Part shown: positions 8,290 to 18,292 of the stretch, piece by piece | How positions within the stretch are numbered: position 1 is the first letter of the stretch | How the letters are laid out: every line of letters starts with the position of its first letter | Virus record (IMG/VR): IMGVR_UViG_3300032820_001676 | Coordinates: 1 to 29,519 of that record | From: a virus | Lineage: Duplodnaviria > Caudoviricetes | Direction: 5' to 3' (one strand) | DNA length: 29,519 nt | The notes under the pieces: generated by a model | Told to the model about the DNA's origin: nothing | What the model saw: the letters and a program-made list of their open reading frames with translations, nothing else | The model's database searches: none | Program-made: the position numbers and the translations under genes

Positions 8290-8615
8290 AAGGCCAAACT
8301 CTTAAAACAGAATTAATCTCAATTTTTCGTAACATGATAGGCGGTGCTGATAATAAAAAACAGCCTGCCTATCTTTCTTTTCAAGCAATTAATAAAATAA
8401 TGCTCAATACAGGGCATCCACAATTTGATTACAATGGATTCAAAGCAGTTTATGATGCTAATCCAGACTTCCAAATGTATATTAAAAACTTTGACGATAA
8501 AGGTGTTACTCTAAATACTAAAGTTGAAGCACCTTCAGATGCTCAAATTCCTCAAGATGCTGGCGGCGATACAGTAGACCAAATGGCAAAACGTGCCACT
8601 GCTAACGCTCAGTAA
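8280..8615 (+). CDS. Hypothetical domain, probably a -1 frameshift extension of the upstream gene (track start 8334)
   Basis: Frame open from 8259 to 8615, no SD before ATG 8334, joined by A_AAA_AAG at 8277-8283. Confidence 0.6.
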   Translation, partial: KVLEGQTLKTELISIFRNMIGGADNKKQPAYLSFQAINKIMLNTGHPQFDYNGFKAVYDANPDFQMYIKNFDDKGVTLNTKVEAPSDAQIPQDAGGDTVDQMAKRATANAQ

Positions 8616-8619
8616 TTAC

Positions 8620-8648
8620 TTGACATAATCAAAAAACTGTTATATACT
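8620..8648 (+). promoter_or_regulatory. sigma70-type promoter (early) for the oxygenase operon
   Basis: TTGACA-17nt-TATACT; ATG 7 nt downstream. Confidence 0.85.
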
Positions 8649-8655
8649 ATATGCT

Positions 8656-9231
8656 ATGAGTGAGTATAAATTCCTTCCCACTTTGATGTGGAAATATAAT
8701 TATGAGGAAGGATTTGATTTAAAACCATTTAAAGATTGTTTGGATCGAACTGGAATCAGAGGACACTATGAATCCGACGGTGGCTTAACTACTGCTGGCA
8801 TGGGAGAAAATCCTCACGAATGGCCTAGCCTAGTTCCATTTTTAACTTGGCTACAACCAAAAATAGAGTTAACATTAAATGAATGGTGTATTAATTGGAA
8901 TCAATATCATATTACTAAAAGTTGGGTCAATAGTCATGTCAAAGGCGGCCATACAAGGACTCATGATCATGGTAATACTCATATAGTTGTTTCGTGTTAT
9001 ATTAAACAACCCGAAAACAGTGGCCATGTAGAATTTGAAAATATCTTACGACATCATTGGGTACCTTATATGCGTAAAGACGAATCTAAAAATATGCACG
9101 ACTATTATAGTGTAGTACCAATTAAACAAAATGATATAATTATATTTCCAGGATTTTTATCACATCACTCACAAGTTAGTAATAGCGACGAAGAAAGGTT
9201 AGTTTATACTATAAACTATTTTGTAAATTAA
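8656..9231 (+). CDS. 2OG-Fe(II) oxygenase-like (TIGR02466 type)
   Basis: SWVN, HDH, SCYIKQP, IIFPGFLSH, ERLV. Confidence 0.85.
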   Translation: MSEYKFLPTLMWKYNYEEGFDLKPFKDCLDRTGIRGHYESDGGLTTAGMGENPHEWPSLVPFLTWLQPKIELTLNEWCINWNQYHITKSWVNSHVKGGHTRTHDHGNTHIVVSCYIKQPENSGHVEFENILRHHWVPYMRKDESKNMHDYYSVVPIKQNDIIIFPGFLSHHSQVSNSDEERLVYTINYFVN

Positions 9232-9232
9232 T

Positions 9233-9883
9233 ATGTATGAAGTAAAAATAATACCAAATTTAGTTTTCAAATATAATTACGAACCTGGCTTCGATATTAA
9301 AAAATTTAACGAGCATCTCGACGAATGGGGTGTAAGTAGTAAAACAGTTTCTGAACGTGATGGTGGAATAACTACAGCTGGAAATAATGATAACCCACAC
9401 TTCTGGCCATCACTAACACCATTTATGGATTGGCTTAAACCTAAAATAGAAATTGCTCTTAACGAATGGGACGTTGCATACGACTCATGGTTTATGTCTA
9501 AGAGTTGGGTCAACCGACATACTAAAAACAGTTGGACAGATGCCCATGAACATGGTTCAGGATCAGTAGTAGTTTCTTGTTATGTTAAGCAACCCTCTAA
9601 CGGTGGTAATATTATGTTTGAAACATTATTACGTGAACGTTGGGTAGCTTATTCAAGAGAAGATAAACATAGTAATATTCATGATTATTGGAGAGAAGTA
9701 GCAGTAAATACAAATGACGTTCTTTTATTTCCAGGATGGATAACACATAAAACACAAGCTAACCAAACAGATGAAGATCGCATTGTGTTTACAATTAATA
9801 TAGGGGCTATCTTACAAGATGCAACATGGAAAGCTAGTGATCTTCATATAGAAAAAAAGGTAGAACACAATGGACTTAGATAA
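9233..9883 (+). CDS. 2OG-Fe(II) oxygenase-like (TIGR02466 type)
   Basis: SWVN, HEH, LLFPGWITH, DRIV; paralogue of the previous gene. Confidence 0.85.
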   Translation: MYEVKIIPNLVFKYNYEPGFDIKKFNEHLDEWGVSSKTVSERDGGITTAGNNDNPHFWPSLTPFMDWLKPKIEIALNEWDVAYDSWFMSKSWVNRHTKNSWTDAHEHGSGSVVVSCYVKQPSNGGNIMFETLLRERWVAYSREDKHSNIHDYWREVAVNTNDVLLFPGWITHKTQANQTDEDRIVFTINIGAILQDATWKASDLHIEKKVEHNGLR

Positions 9884-10232
9884 AACAGTAGACTCAGAGG
9901 ATAATACAGTTGATGCTGAAAAGACTGCGGCAGAAATTGAAGTAGCTATCGCAACTATCATTGAAGAAAAATTGCAACCTAGTGTTGCTATGCATGGTGG
10001 TGAGATTAGTTTAAAAGAATGGGACCATAAAAATGGTATTGCAACTATTTTTATGTCAGGTGCTTGTTCTGGATGTGCTATGTCAACACAAACATTAAAG
10101 ATGGGTGTTGAAAATACACTTAAACATTACATACCAGAAGTAAAGTCAGTACGTGGTGAAGAAGATATGAACTCAGGGGTTGATCCTTATATGTCTTACC
10201 AGGCATATAACCCATTCAGAAACGAGGAATAA
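9870..10232 (+). CDS. NifU C-terminal/NfuA-like Fe-S scaffold domain
   Basis: PSVAMHGGEI...GACSGCAMSTQTLKMGVE. Confidence 0.92.
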   Translation: MDLDKTVDSEDNTVDAEKTAAEIEVAIATIIEEKLQPSVAMHGGEISLKEWDHKNGIATIFMSGACSGCAMSTQTLKMGVENTLKHYIPEVKSVRGEEDMNSGVDPYMSYQAYNPFRNEE

Positions 10233-10237
10233 CTTTA

Positions 10238-10816
10238 ATGGAAGGTAGTTGGCAGTTTACATCTGCACTTAACTTATGGATAGCTGAGACTTACTATCCT
10301 AAATGGAAGGATCTTGAAGAACTGTTTGAAGACAAAGGTCCTGATCAAAGTGCTGAAAAAACTACTTTCAATGGATGGCAATTTGATACAACTGAAAAAA
10401 TAAAAAAATATAAATTAGACGAATGGTTCCAAGATATATGTCGTAAACGTAAAATTCCTATTAAAAATATAAAAGTAAACCAATCCTGGTGTATATTATA
10501 CGAAGATGGTGGCTACCAACATTTACATTGTCATGGTCCAACATTAATTAGTATGGTAATACATTTAGACTCACAACCAGAGCTAGAAGGTATGTTATAT
10601 ACAATAATACCTAAAGAAAATAATGAAATGATTATTAATAACTATTTGCCGACCCCAGGGCAAACTATTATACTCGACGGCAGAGTATTTCACGGAGTAT
10701 ATCCTTGTAAAGCAGGCCGAAGAACTGTAGTTGTTGACTTTGATTTCGATTACTTACAGCCCAGTGAAACACACGATCAAGCAATATGGGGTTCACCCAC
10801 TATTAATATGGAATAA
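10238..10816 (+). CDS. 2OG-Fe(II) oxygenase-like protein
   Basis: SWCILYEDGGYQHLHCH...DGRVFHGVYP...RRTVV. Confidence 0.75.
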   Translation: MEGSWQFTSALNLWIAETYYPKWKDLEELFEDKGPDQSAEKTTFNGWQFDTTEKIKKYKLDEWFQDICRKRKIPIKNIKVNQSWCILYEDGGYQHLHCHGPTLISMVIHLDSQPELEGMLYTIIPKENNEMIINNYLPTPGQTIILDGRVFHGVYPCKAGRRTVVVDFDFDYLQPSETHDQAIWGSPTINME

Positions 10817-10831
10817 CCCGGATGAAAAAAT

Positions 10832-11452
10832 ATGACAGCGTCAATTAAAAATCATGTAGAATGGGACGAGTTTCTTAAAACAAGTAAAGCTGAAGACTTT
10901 ACAGGTGACAATTATTATGGTACTAATACTAATCAATTTATTATAGAAACTGTATATCCTTTTTGGGAGGAAATAAGTCATAGTGCATTTACAGAGTATG
11001 AAGAAAAAACTGACTATCCTGATCGTGTACAATACAGTATTAATCCAAAGCAAATACCTGTAAAAATAACAAGTTGGTTTACTAAAAAAATAAAAGAACA
11101 TTTAAAACATATTGATAACGTATATCCTTTTGAGTCGTGGGCAATTGACTATAAAGATGGAGGATATCAAGCAGTACATAATCATACTAAACAGCCTAGT
11201 TTAATTAGTATGATAATGTTTTTTGATACAATAACAGATGCACAAAAAGTACAGCCAACGGATGGTTGTACATATACATTGATGCCTCATACTGATGGTG
11301 AGCAGATGTGTTCTCATTTTAATCCTTTTCCTGGAAAAGTTGTTATTTTTGATGGGAAAGTATATCACGGAACATATCCTTGTAAAGCACCGAGAAGGTG
11401 TTTTGTAGTTAACTTTAAGTATGAATATGTTACTATGGAGCCTAGAAAGTGA
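10832..11452 (+). CDS. 2OG-Fe(II) oxygenase-like protein
   Basis: SWAIDYKDGGYQAVHNH...DGKVYHGTYP...RRCFV; paralogue of the previous gene. Confidence 0.75.
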   Translation: MTASIKNHVEWDEFLKTSKAEDFTGDNYYGTNTNQFIIETVYPFWEEISHSAFTEYEEKTDYPDRVQYSINPKQIPVKITSWFTKKIKEHLKHIDNVYPFESWAIDYKDGGYQAVHNHTKQPSLISMIMFFDTITDAQKVQPTDGCTYTLMPHTDGEQMCSHFNPFPGKVVIFDGKVYHGTYPCKAPRRCFVVNFKYEYVTMEPRK

Positions 11453-12123
11453 TTACACAACGATTTGATTATACAACCCTTGACAAACAATCAATAGACG
11501 GAAAACGTTTATATGCTTGTCCTGACGGTAACCATGTTGCTAGTGTTACAACTATATTAAGCAAAACAAAAGACCAAACTGCTCTTAATGAATGGCGTAA
11601 AAGAGTAGGTGAACAAAAAGCAAACGAAATTACAACTGAAGCCGCAAGTGTTGGTACACGTATGCACAAATTTCTAGAAGATTATATAGATACTGGTGAT
11701 TGGCCTGAAGCAGGCTCGAATCCTTATAGTCAACAAGCAAATGAGATGGCAAAAGTAATAAAAGAAGAAGCATTAACGTTTGTAAGTGAAATATGGGGTA
11801 GTGAAGTATCATTATACCATCCTAAGATATATGCAGGCACTACAGACCTCTTAGGCGTCTTTAAAGGGTCGAATTGTATCATGGACTTTAAGCAAACAAA
11901 TAAGCCTAAAAAAGACGAATGGGTTGATGACTATAAAATGCAATTAGTAGCCTACGCCCTAGCACATAACGAATTATATGGTACTAAAATACAAGAAGGA
12001 CACGTTTTTATGTGTTCTAGAGACCTTACATATCAACAATTTGATGTTTATCCTGATACATTTAAAGAATGGGAGTCTAAATGGTGGGATAGAGTCTACC
12101 AGTACTATGACCGTTTCGCATAA
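11449..12123 (+). CDS. PD-(D/E)xK exonuclease (phage exonuclease/MGME1-like)
   Basis: SVTTIL, GTRMHKFLE, AGTTDL...IMDFKQ, QLVAY. Confidence 0.88.
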   Translation: MITQRFDYTTLDKQSIDGKRLYACPDGNHVASVTTILSKTKDQTALNEWRKRVGEQKANEITTEAASVGTRMHKFLEDYIDTGDWPEAGSNPYSQQANEMAKVIKEEALTFVSEIWGSEVSLYHPKIYAGTTDLLGVFKGSNCIMDFKQTNKPKKDEWVDDYKMQLVAYALAHNELYGTKIQEGHVFMCSRDLTYQQFDVYPDTFKEWESKWWDRVYQYYDRFA

Positions 12124-12147
12124 ATACTAAAAACAAGGAGTTGAAAC

Positions 12148-13776
12148 GTGGCAATAGTACAGATTAGCCGAATACAAATTAGACGTGGACAAAAACTTAC
12201 TGGTTCTGGTGTACCACAACTAGCAGGTGGCGAATTGGGCTGGGCAGTTGATACTCGAGAGCTTTATATAGGTAATGGCTCTGTATCAGAAGGTTCTCCA
12301 GCAGTAGGTAATTCAAAAATTCTAACAGAACACGATAATTTATTCTCATTTGCCGATCAATATCAGTACCTAAAAGGCGAGTCAACAATGCTAACAGGTA
12401 CTACACCTACAACACCTGTAACAAGAACATTACAAGATAGATTAGACGAAAGAGTTAATGTTAAGAGCTTTGATGTTAAAGGTGATGGAATAGATTGTAC
12501 TACAAAATTTCAACAAGCTATCGATCAATTATATATTAATACAGCAACTAAAGGAAGTACAACTAGCAGAGTAGTTCTTTATATAGATGCTGGTAGTTAT
12601 ACAATTTCTTCAAGTCTTAAAATTCCACCACACGCAAGTATTATTGGATCTGGAGCAGATAAAGTTATTATAACACAAACTGGAAATGATCCTATTTTTG
12701 AAACTGTTAATAGTGGAAGTACTCCAGGTTCGCCAGCACAAGATTCTACGAGTACAACATTAAATCAAGCAAGACATATTCATATTAAAGGAATGACGTT
12801 AAAACATAGTTCAACTAACGTAGGCTTAAAATTACAAAGTTGTCGAGAAAGTATTTTTGAAGACTTAATTATAGAAGGTGGTTGGACAAGTGGTTCGGCT
12901 CTTCTTGCTGATCAAATTGGTATTAGAATGAATTCTTTAAGTACGGCTGTTAATACAGTTAGGAATACTTTTAGAAATGTACAAGTAAAAGGATTTGCAA
13001 GAGCTATCGAATCTAAATATGATATAGAAAATAACTTATGGGACAAATGTGTATTTGAAACATTAGGTTATGGGTTTGTATTTGGTGACGGTACAGTTAT
13101 TAACAATGCAGGGATGTTAACTGGTCCTATTCATAACGTTATTCAAAATAGTAAATTTCAAGATATTGATAGAAATGCTATTTGGATACACACAGGTAAT
13201 TTTAATACTAGTGATAATAATGTTTATGTAGATGTAGGAAACAATGGTGGTGTAGAAGCTAATGCGGCTCATCCAGTTATTAAATTTTCAGTTGGTACAG
13301 CATTAAGTAATGTATCGGCAGGCGATTACTTTAGTAGAACACAACAATTATCATACGATCAATCATTAATGACAAGTTATCCATACATTCCAGAAATTGA
13401 AGGTGAATCTGTATACGATATGGAATTTTCTTATAGAATTAATGTTGTTCAATACACATCATTCGTTAGGGTTCTTAGAGCTCCGGGTGACAGTGATCGA
13501 ACAGTATATGTTGATTATATATACAGATCAACGTCTGTAGATGCAGTAAGACAAGGAACACTAGAAATTCTAGTTAATAGATCATTAGGTACAGCTACTT
13601 TAACTGATGACCATTCCTATTTAGGTAGCTCACTTTATGAACCAAATATCACATTTAGAGCATCAGTAACTGATGAAAATGGCGACACAATAGTTGACAC
13701 AATAGTCATTGAGATGTTAAACTTAACTAGTGCTGATACAGGTACAATATTATTTAAAGTGAAATATAAATCATAG
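12148..13776 (+). CDS. Tail fibre/spike-like protein: Mtd-N-like N-terminus plus pectate-lyase-like beta-helix
   Basis: RIQIRRG...LAGGELGWAVDTRELYIGNG; VNVKSFDVKGDG; late promoter 12121-12126; GTG start with AAGGAG. Confidence 0.75.
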   Translation: MAIVQISRIQIRRGQKLTGSGVPQLAGGELGWAVDTRELYIGNGSVSEGSPAVGNSKILTEHDNLFSFADQYQYLKGESTMLTGTTPTTPVTRTLQDRLDERVNVKSFDVKGDGIDCTTKFQQAIDQLYINTATKGSTTSRVVLYIDAGSYTISSSLKIPPHASIIGSGADKVIITQTGNDPIFETVNSGSTPGSPAQDSTSTTLNQARHIHIKGMTLKHSSTNVGLKLQSCRESIFEDLIIEGGWTSGSALLADQIGIRMNSLSTAVNTVRNTFRNVQVKGFARAIESKYDIENNLWDKCVFETLGYGFVFGDGTVINNAGMLTGPIHNVIQNSKFQDIDRNAIWIHTGNFNTSDNNVYVDVGNNGGVEANAAHPVIKFSVGTALSNVSAGDYFSRTQQLSYDQSLMTSYPYIPEIEGESVYDMEFSYRINVVQYTSFVRVLRAPGDSDRTVYVDYIYRSTSVDAVRQGTLEILVNRSLGTATLTDDHSYLGSSLYEPNITFRASVTDENGDTIVDTIVIEMLNLTSADTGTILFKVKYKS

Positions 13777-14201
13777 TGCTTTTAGATGATTATACAGTAA
13801 AATTAAGCCAGTGGCAATGGTTACGCAACAGGCTTGAAACTAGTATTAACCCTTACCAGGAAGTAATAAACTACTATAACGCACAAAAAAAGTGCAAATT
13901 GAGTACCGATCCGTGGAATAAAGCTATTTGGCCTAACCCATGGGAACTTTTAGATTTCAATTTGTACTGTGATTTCACTTTAACACTTGGTACGTGTTAC
14001 ACTCTACAGTTAACCGATAGGTTTAAGGATTGTAAATTTGAGATACATATCAGTATAGACAAAGTAAATGAAGAATTATTATACCCTTTATACGTCGACG
14101 ATAAAATTTTGTGTTATAATTATAATGAAGTTATTCAAAAAAACGAATTACCCACAACGATTATATCACAACGAATTTACAAGATGCCTCGGTTACAATA
14201 A
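13776..14201 (+). CDS. Hypothetical phage protein
   Basis: Coupled GTG start; WPNPWELL motif. Confidence 0.7.
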   Translation: MLLDDYTVKLSQWQWLRNRLETSINPYQEVINYYNAQKKCKLSTDPWNKAIWPNPWELLDFNLYCDFTLTLGTCYTLQLTDRFKDCKFEIHISIDKVNEELLYPLYVDDKILCYNYNEVIQKNELPTTIISQRIYKMPRLQ

Positions 14202-14249
14202 ATACAATATCATTTACTAATAAGAACAGTAACATAGTAGGAGATTTCA

Positions 14250-16583
14250 ATGTCAAACGGCGTAGGAATACACATTAGAAAAAGAGACGGCAGACTAGTA
14301 CCCTTAAATATAGATAAAATTCATTTTGTAGTAGAAGAAGCAGTAGATGGACTCGCGAATGTAAGTGCTTCACAGATAGAAATGAACGCTAACATTCAAT
14401 TTTATGACGGAATGAGTACACAAGAAATTCAAGAAATTTTGATCAAGTCTGCAAACGATTTAATTTCTTTAGACATTCCTAATTACCAATACGCCGCGGC
14501 AAGATTACTTTTATATCCAATTTATAAAGAAGCATTTGGTCATTTCAAACCAATTACATTACAGGAAATGATTGATAAAAATATTAAACGTGGAGTGTAT
14601 GATCCTGCAATCCTAGAAAAATATTCTGTTGAAGAAATTAAAACATTGGACAAGTACATTAAACATCAACGAGATGAAAATTTTACTTACGCAGGACTAA
14701 GACAAATTGTAGACAAGTACCTTTGCCAAGATAGAAGTAGCGGAGAAATTTTTGAATCGCCACAATTTATGTATATGATGATTGCGGCAACATTGTTTGC
14801 AAACTATCCAGAGAAGAATCGTTTAAATTATGTAAGGAGATATTATGATGCGACCTCACTTTTTAAAATCAATATCCCAACGCCAGTCATGGCTGGGGTC
14901 CGTACCCCTGTTCGACAATTTGCTTCGTGCGTTCTTGTTGATAGTGATGACACCCTTGATAGTATTTTTGCTAGTGATATGTCAATTGGTAGATATACTG
15001 CCCAAAGGGCCGGCATCGGAATCAACGCAGGTAGAATAAGAGCTATCAATTCTAAAATTAGAGGAGGAGAAGTTGCACACACAGGCATAATTCCTTTTCT
15101 AAAAAAGTTCGAGTCAACTGTAAGGTGTTGTACTCAGAATGGTGTACGTGGTGGAAGTGCTACAACCCATTTCCCTATTTGGCACTTAGAGATTGAAGAT
15201 ATTTTAGTCCTAAAAAATAATAAAGGAACTGAAGATAATAGAGTTCGTAAATTAGATTATTCAATTCAAATTAATAAACTAATGTACGAACGATTATTAA
15301 AGAACGAAGATATTACTCTTTTCTCACCTCACGACGTGCCAGATTTATATGAAGCATTTTTTACTGACCAAGAATTATTCCAAGAACTTTACGAAAAATA
15401 TGAACGAAAGACTTCTATTAGAAAAAATAAAATTCCTGCAATGACTCTTTTTTCATCTCTAATTAAAGAACGAGCAGAAACGGGTCGCATTTATATTATG
15501 AACGTTGATCATTGTAATACACATAGTTCTTTTAAAGATACTGTTTATATGAGCAACTTATGTCAAGAAATTACATTACCTACAAAACCATTACAACATA
15601 TTGATGATCCTAATGGAGAAATAGCATTATGTATTCTTTCTGCAATTAATGTAGGTAAAATTAATCAACTAGAAGAATTAGAAGGGTTATGTGATTTAGC
15701 TGTTAGGTCTTTAGATGAAATTATTGATTACCAAAGATATCCTGTAAAGGCGGCTGAAATAAGTACAAAAGCACGTAGATCTTTAGGTGTTGGCTATATT
15801 GGCCTAGCACATTATCTAGCAAAGAATCAAGTAAAATATACTGATAAAAAAGCATTAACAAAAGTACATGAATTAACTGAAGCATTTCAATATTATCTTT
15901 TAACTTCATCAAATAATCTTGCAATCGAAAAAGGTAAGTGTGAATACTTCGAGCGTACTAAATATTCTGAAGGGTTACTGCCCATCGATACTTATAAGAA
16001 GGACCTAGATGAAGTATGCAGTATTACATTAAAATATGACTGGGATGATCTTCGTAGAAGCATTAAGGATCATGGCCTACGCCACTCCACATTGTCCGCA
16101 CAGATGCCATCGGAGAGCAGTTCGATTGTGTCAAATGCCACAAACGGAATTGAACCACCTAGAGGATACTTGTCCATTAAGAAGTCCAAAAAAGGGCCTC
16201 TTAAGCAGATTGTTCCACAGTATCAAGCATTAAGAAATTATTATACGTTACTATGGGATATGCCTAGTAATGAAGGATATATTAATATTGTTGCAGTAAT
16301 GCAAAAGTTTTTTGATCAAGCAATTAGTGGTAACTGGAGTTATAATCCAACCCATTATGAAAACAATGAAGTACCAATGAGTGTAATGATACAAGATATG
16401 TTAATGACTTATAAATTAGGATGGAAGACATCATATTATCAAAACACTTATGACCTTAAAATTGATGATACAGAATCAATACAAGAAGTTCGTTCCGAAA
16501 GCACACCTAACTCATACGAACCTGAAATAGAAAAAACAACTGATAAATTAGAAGAAGAAGATTGTGAAAGTTGCGTTATATAA
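14250..16583 (+). CDS. nrdA: Ribonucleotide reductase class Ia alpha subunit
   Basis: N-terminal ATP cone (IRKRDGR), FASCVL, SNLCQEI, ALCILSA, SYY, C-terminal CESC. Confidence 0.98.
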   Translation: MSNGVGIHIRKRDGRLVPLNIDKIHFVVEEAVDGLANVSASQIEMNANIQFYDGMSTQEIQEILIKSANDLISLDIPNYQYAAARLLLYPIYKEAFGHFKPITLQEMIDKNIKRGVYDPAILEKYSVEEIKTLDKYIKHQRDENFTYAGLRQIVDKYLCQDRSSGEIFESPQFMYMMIAATLFANYPEKNRLNYVRRYYDATSLFKINIPTPVMAGVRTPVRQFASCVLVDSDDTLDSIFASDMSIGRYTAQRAGIGINAGRIRAINSKIRGGEVAHTGIIPFLKKFESTVRCCTQNGVRGGSATTHFPIWHLEIEDILVLKNNKGTEDNRVRKLDYSIQINKLMYERLLKNEDITLFSPHDVPDLYEAFFTDQELFQELYEKYERKTSIRKNKIPAMTLFSSLIKERAETGRIYIMNVDHCNTHSSFKDTVYMSNLCQEITLPTKPLQHIDDPNGEIALCILSAINVGKINQLEELEGLCDLAVRSLDEIIDYQRYPVKAAEISTKARRSLGVGYIGLAHYLAKNQVKYTDKKALTKVHELTEAFQYYLLTSSNNLAIEKGKCEYFERTKYSEGLLPIDTYKKDLDEVCSITLKYDWDDLRRSIKDHGLRHSTLSAQMPSESSSIVSNATNGIEPPRGYLSIKKSKKGPLKQIVPQYQALRNYYTLLWDMPSNEGYINIVAVMQKFFDQAISGNWSYNPTHYENNEVPMSVMIQDMLMTYKLGWKTSYYQNTYDLKIDDTESIQEVRSESTPNSYEPEIEKTTDKLEEEDCESCVI

Positions 16584-16603
16584 CGTAGGATTATAAATTA
16601 ACA

Positions 16604-17710
16604 ATGGTAAAGACAGTATTTAATAGAGACAAAGTTGATTTCACTAAACAATATATGTTTTTTGGAAAAGACCAGAACACACAAAGATATGATGTATTTA
16701 GATTTCCAGAGTTTGATAAGCTCAATCAAACAATGCTTGGATACTTTTGGCGACCTGAAGAAGTAAGTTTACAAAAAGATCGTTCAGACTATGCAAACTT
16801 TAGACCAGAACAAAAACATATCTTTACAGCTAATTTAAAATATCAAACACTATTGGATAGCGTACAAGGTCGAGGACCAGCGTTAGCTTTCTTACCTTAT
16901 GTATCTTTACCAGAACTTGAAGGGTGCATTGTTACTTGGGACTTTTTTGAAACAATCCATTCTCGTTCTTATACACACATTATGAAAAATGTTTATGCAG
17001 ATCCGTCAGAAGTGTTAGATAAAATCTTAGATGATAAAGAGATTTTAAAACGAGCTGTAACAGTTACTAAACATTATGATAACTTTACTAGTGTAGCTAA
17101 TAAGTATTACCATAATAAAAAAGGTACAATGCGTGAAGTTAAAAAGAAATTATTTCTAGCAATGATGAATGTTAATATTTTAGAAGGCTTACGTTTTTAT
17201 GTATCATTTGCTTGTACATTTGCATTTGGTGAATTAAAAATGATGGAAGGCTCTGCTAAAATTATTTCTTTAATTGCTAGAGATGAAGCAACACATTTAA
17301 ATCTTACAAATCATATTCTTAAAAATTGGATGAAGGGTGAAGACGATCCTGAAATGAAAAAAATTGTTAAAGAATGTGAAAATGAAGTTTATGATATGTG
17401 GCGAGCCTGTGTCGAGGAAGAAAAAGCGTGGACTAACTATCTATTTAAAGATGGAACTATCATCGGATTAAATGAAAATTTATTACACGCTTACGTAGAA
17501 TATATTGCTAACCGTAGATTAAAAGGACTAGGATATGATACATTATTTCCAGATCGTCCTTTAAATACAAATCCTCTACCATGGACACAACATTGGTTAT
17601 CAAGCTCAGGAATGCAAGTAGCACCACAAGAAACCGAAGTTGAGTCATATATCGTAGGTGGCATCAAACATGATGTTTCTGAAGATGCACTAAAAGGATT
17701 TAAACTATGA
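16604..17710 (+). CDS. nrdB: Ribonucleotide reductase class Ia beta subunit
   Basis: FWRPEEV, LDSVQGR, ETIHSRSY, LEGLRFYVSF, RDEATH, VAPQETEVESY. Confidence 0.98.
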   Translation: MVKTVFNRDKVDFTKQYMFFGKDQNTQRYDVFRFPEFDKLNQTMLGYFWRPEEVSLQKDRSDYANFRPEQKHIFTANLKYQTLLDSVQGRGPALAFLPYVSLPELEGCIVTWDFFETIHSRSYTHIMKNVYADPSEVLDKILDDKEILKRAVTVTKHYDNFTSVANKYYHNKKGTMREVKKKLFLAMMNVNILEGLRFYVSFACTFAFGELKMMEGSAKIISLIARDEATHLNLTNHILKNWMKGEDDPEMKKIVKECENEVYDMWRACVEEEKAWTNYLFKDGTIIGLNENLLHAYVEYIANRRLKGLGYDTLFPDRPLNTNPLPWTQHWLSSSGMQVAPQETEVESYIVGGIKHDVSEDALKGFKL

Positions 17711-17970
17711 CATCGGTAATTTACAGTAAACCAAATTGTCCTTACTGTGATAAAGCAAAAGCATTATTAAACAAAACACAAATAGAATGGCGAGAAGTAG
17801 TAATAGGAAAAGACATAACAGTAGAACAACTGTTTGAAGAATTTAGATTAAACAATCAACCACAACCGAAATCAGCACCACAAATTATTTTACATGGTAA
17901 GTATGTTGGAGGGTATAACGAACTCCAACAGTATTTTGAAAACTGTGACTTAGGAAGAAGCGATACATAA
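17707..17970 (+). CDS. Glutaredoxin
   Basis: CPYC active site, PQI, YVGGY. Confidence 0.93.
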   Translation: MTSVIYSKPNCPYCDKAKALLNKTQIEWREVVIGKDITVEQLFEEFRLNNQPQPKSAPQIILHGKYVGGYNELQQYFENCDLGRSDT

Positions 17971-18281
17971 TGTTAATTGAAAAAACTTATAAAATTAATG
18001 ATATAGTTACTATTAAACTAAAATCTGGTGAAGAACTAGTTGGCAAACTTGAAGCTGAAGATGATAAAGATATTAAAGTTCATATGCCGTTAACACTTGT
18101 AGCGAGTGAGAAAGGTATAGGATTACAGCAATTTTTATTTACAGCTGATATAACTAAATCTTATACTATTAAGCACGAAGCTATTACATTAATTGCACCA
18201 ACTAAATCAGAATTTGCTGAAGGTTATACTAAACAAACATCATCTATAATTACACCCCAAAAGCCTAGTATTATTACATAA
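17970..18281 (+). CDS. Sm-like-fold hypothetical protein
   Basis: IVTIKLKSGEELVGKL resembles the Sm1 motif. Confidence 0.55.
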   Translation: MLIEKTYKINDIVTIKLKSGEELVGKLEAEDDKDIKVHMPLTLVASEKGIGLQQFLFTADITKSYTIKHEAITLIAPTKSEFAEGYTKQTSSIITPQKPSIIT

Positions 18282-18292
18282 TAAATACTAGT

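Noticed and set aside
11449-12123. Cas4 of a CRISPR system
   Set aside because: Lacks the four-Cys Fe-S cluster pattern and any cas context; ordinary phage exonuclease
12148-13776. DGR target because of the Mtd-N-like domain
   Set aside because: No reverse transcriptase and no adenine-variable TR/VR pair seen in the window
14250-17710. Introns or inteins in nrdA/nrdB
   Set aside because: Both ORFs are contiguous and of normal length
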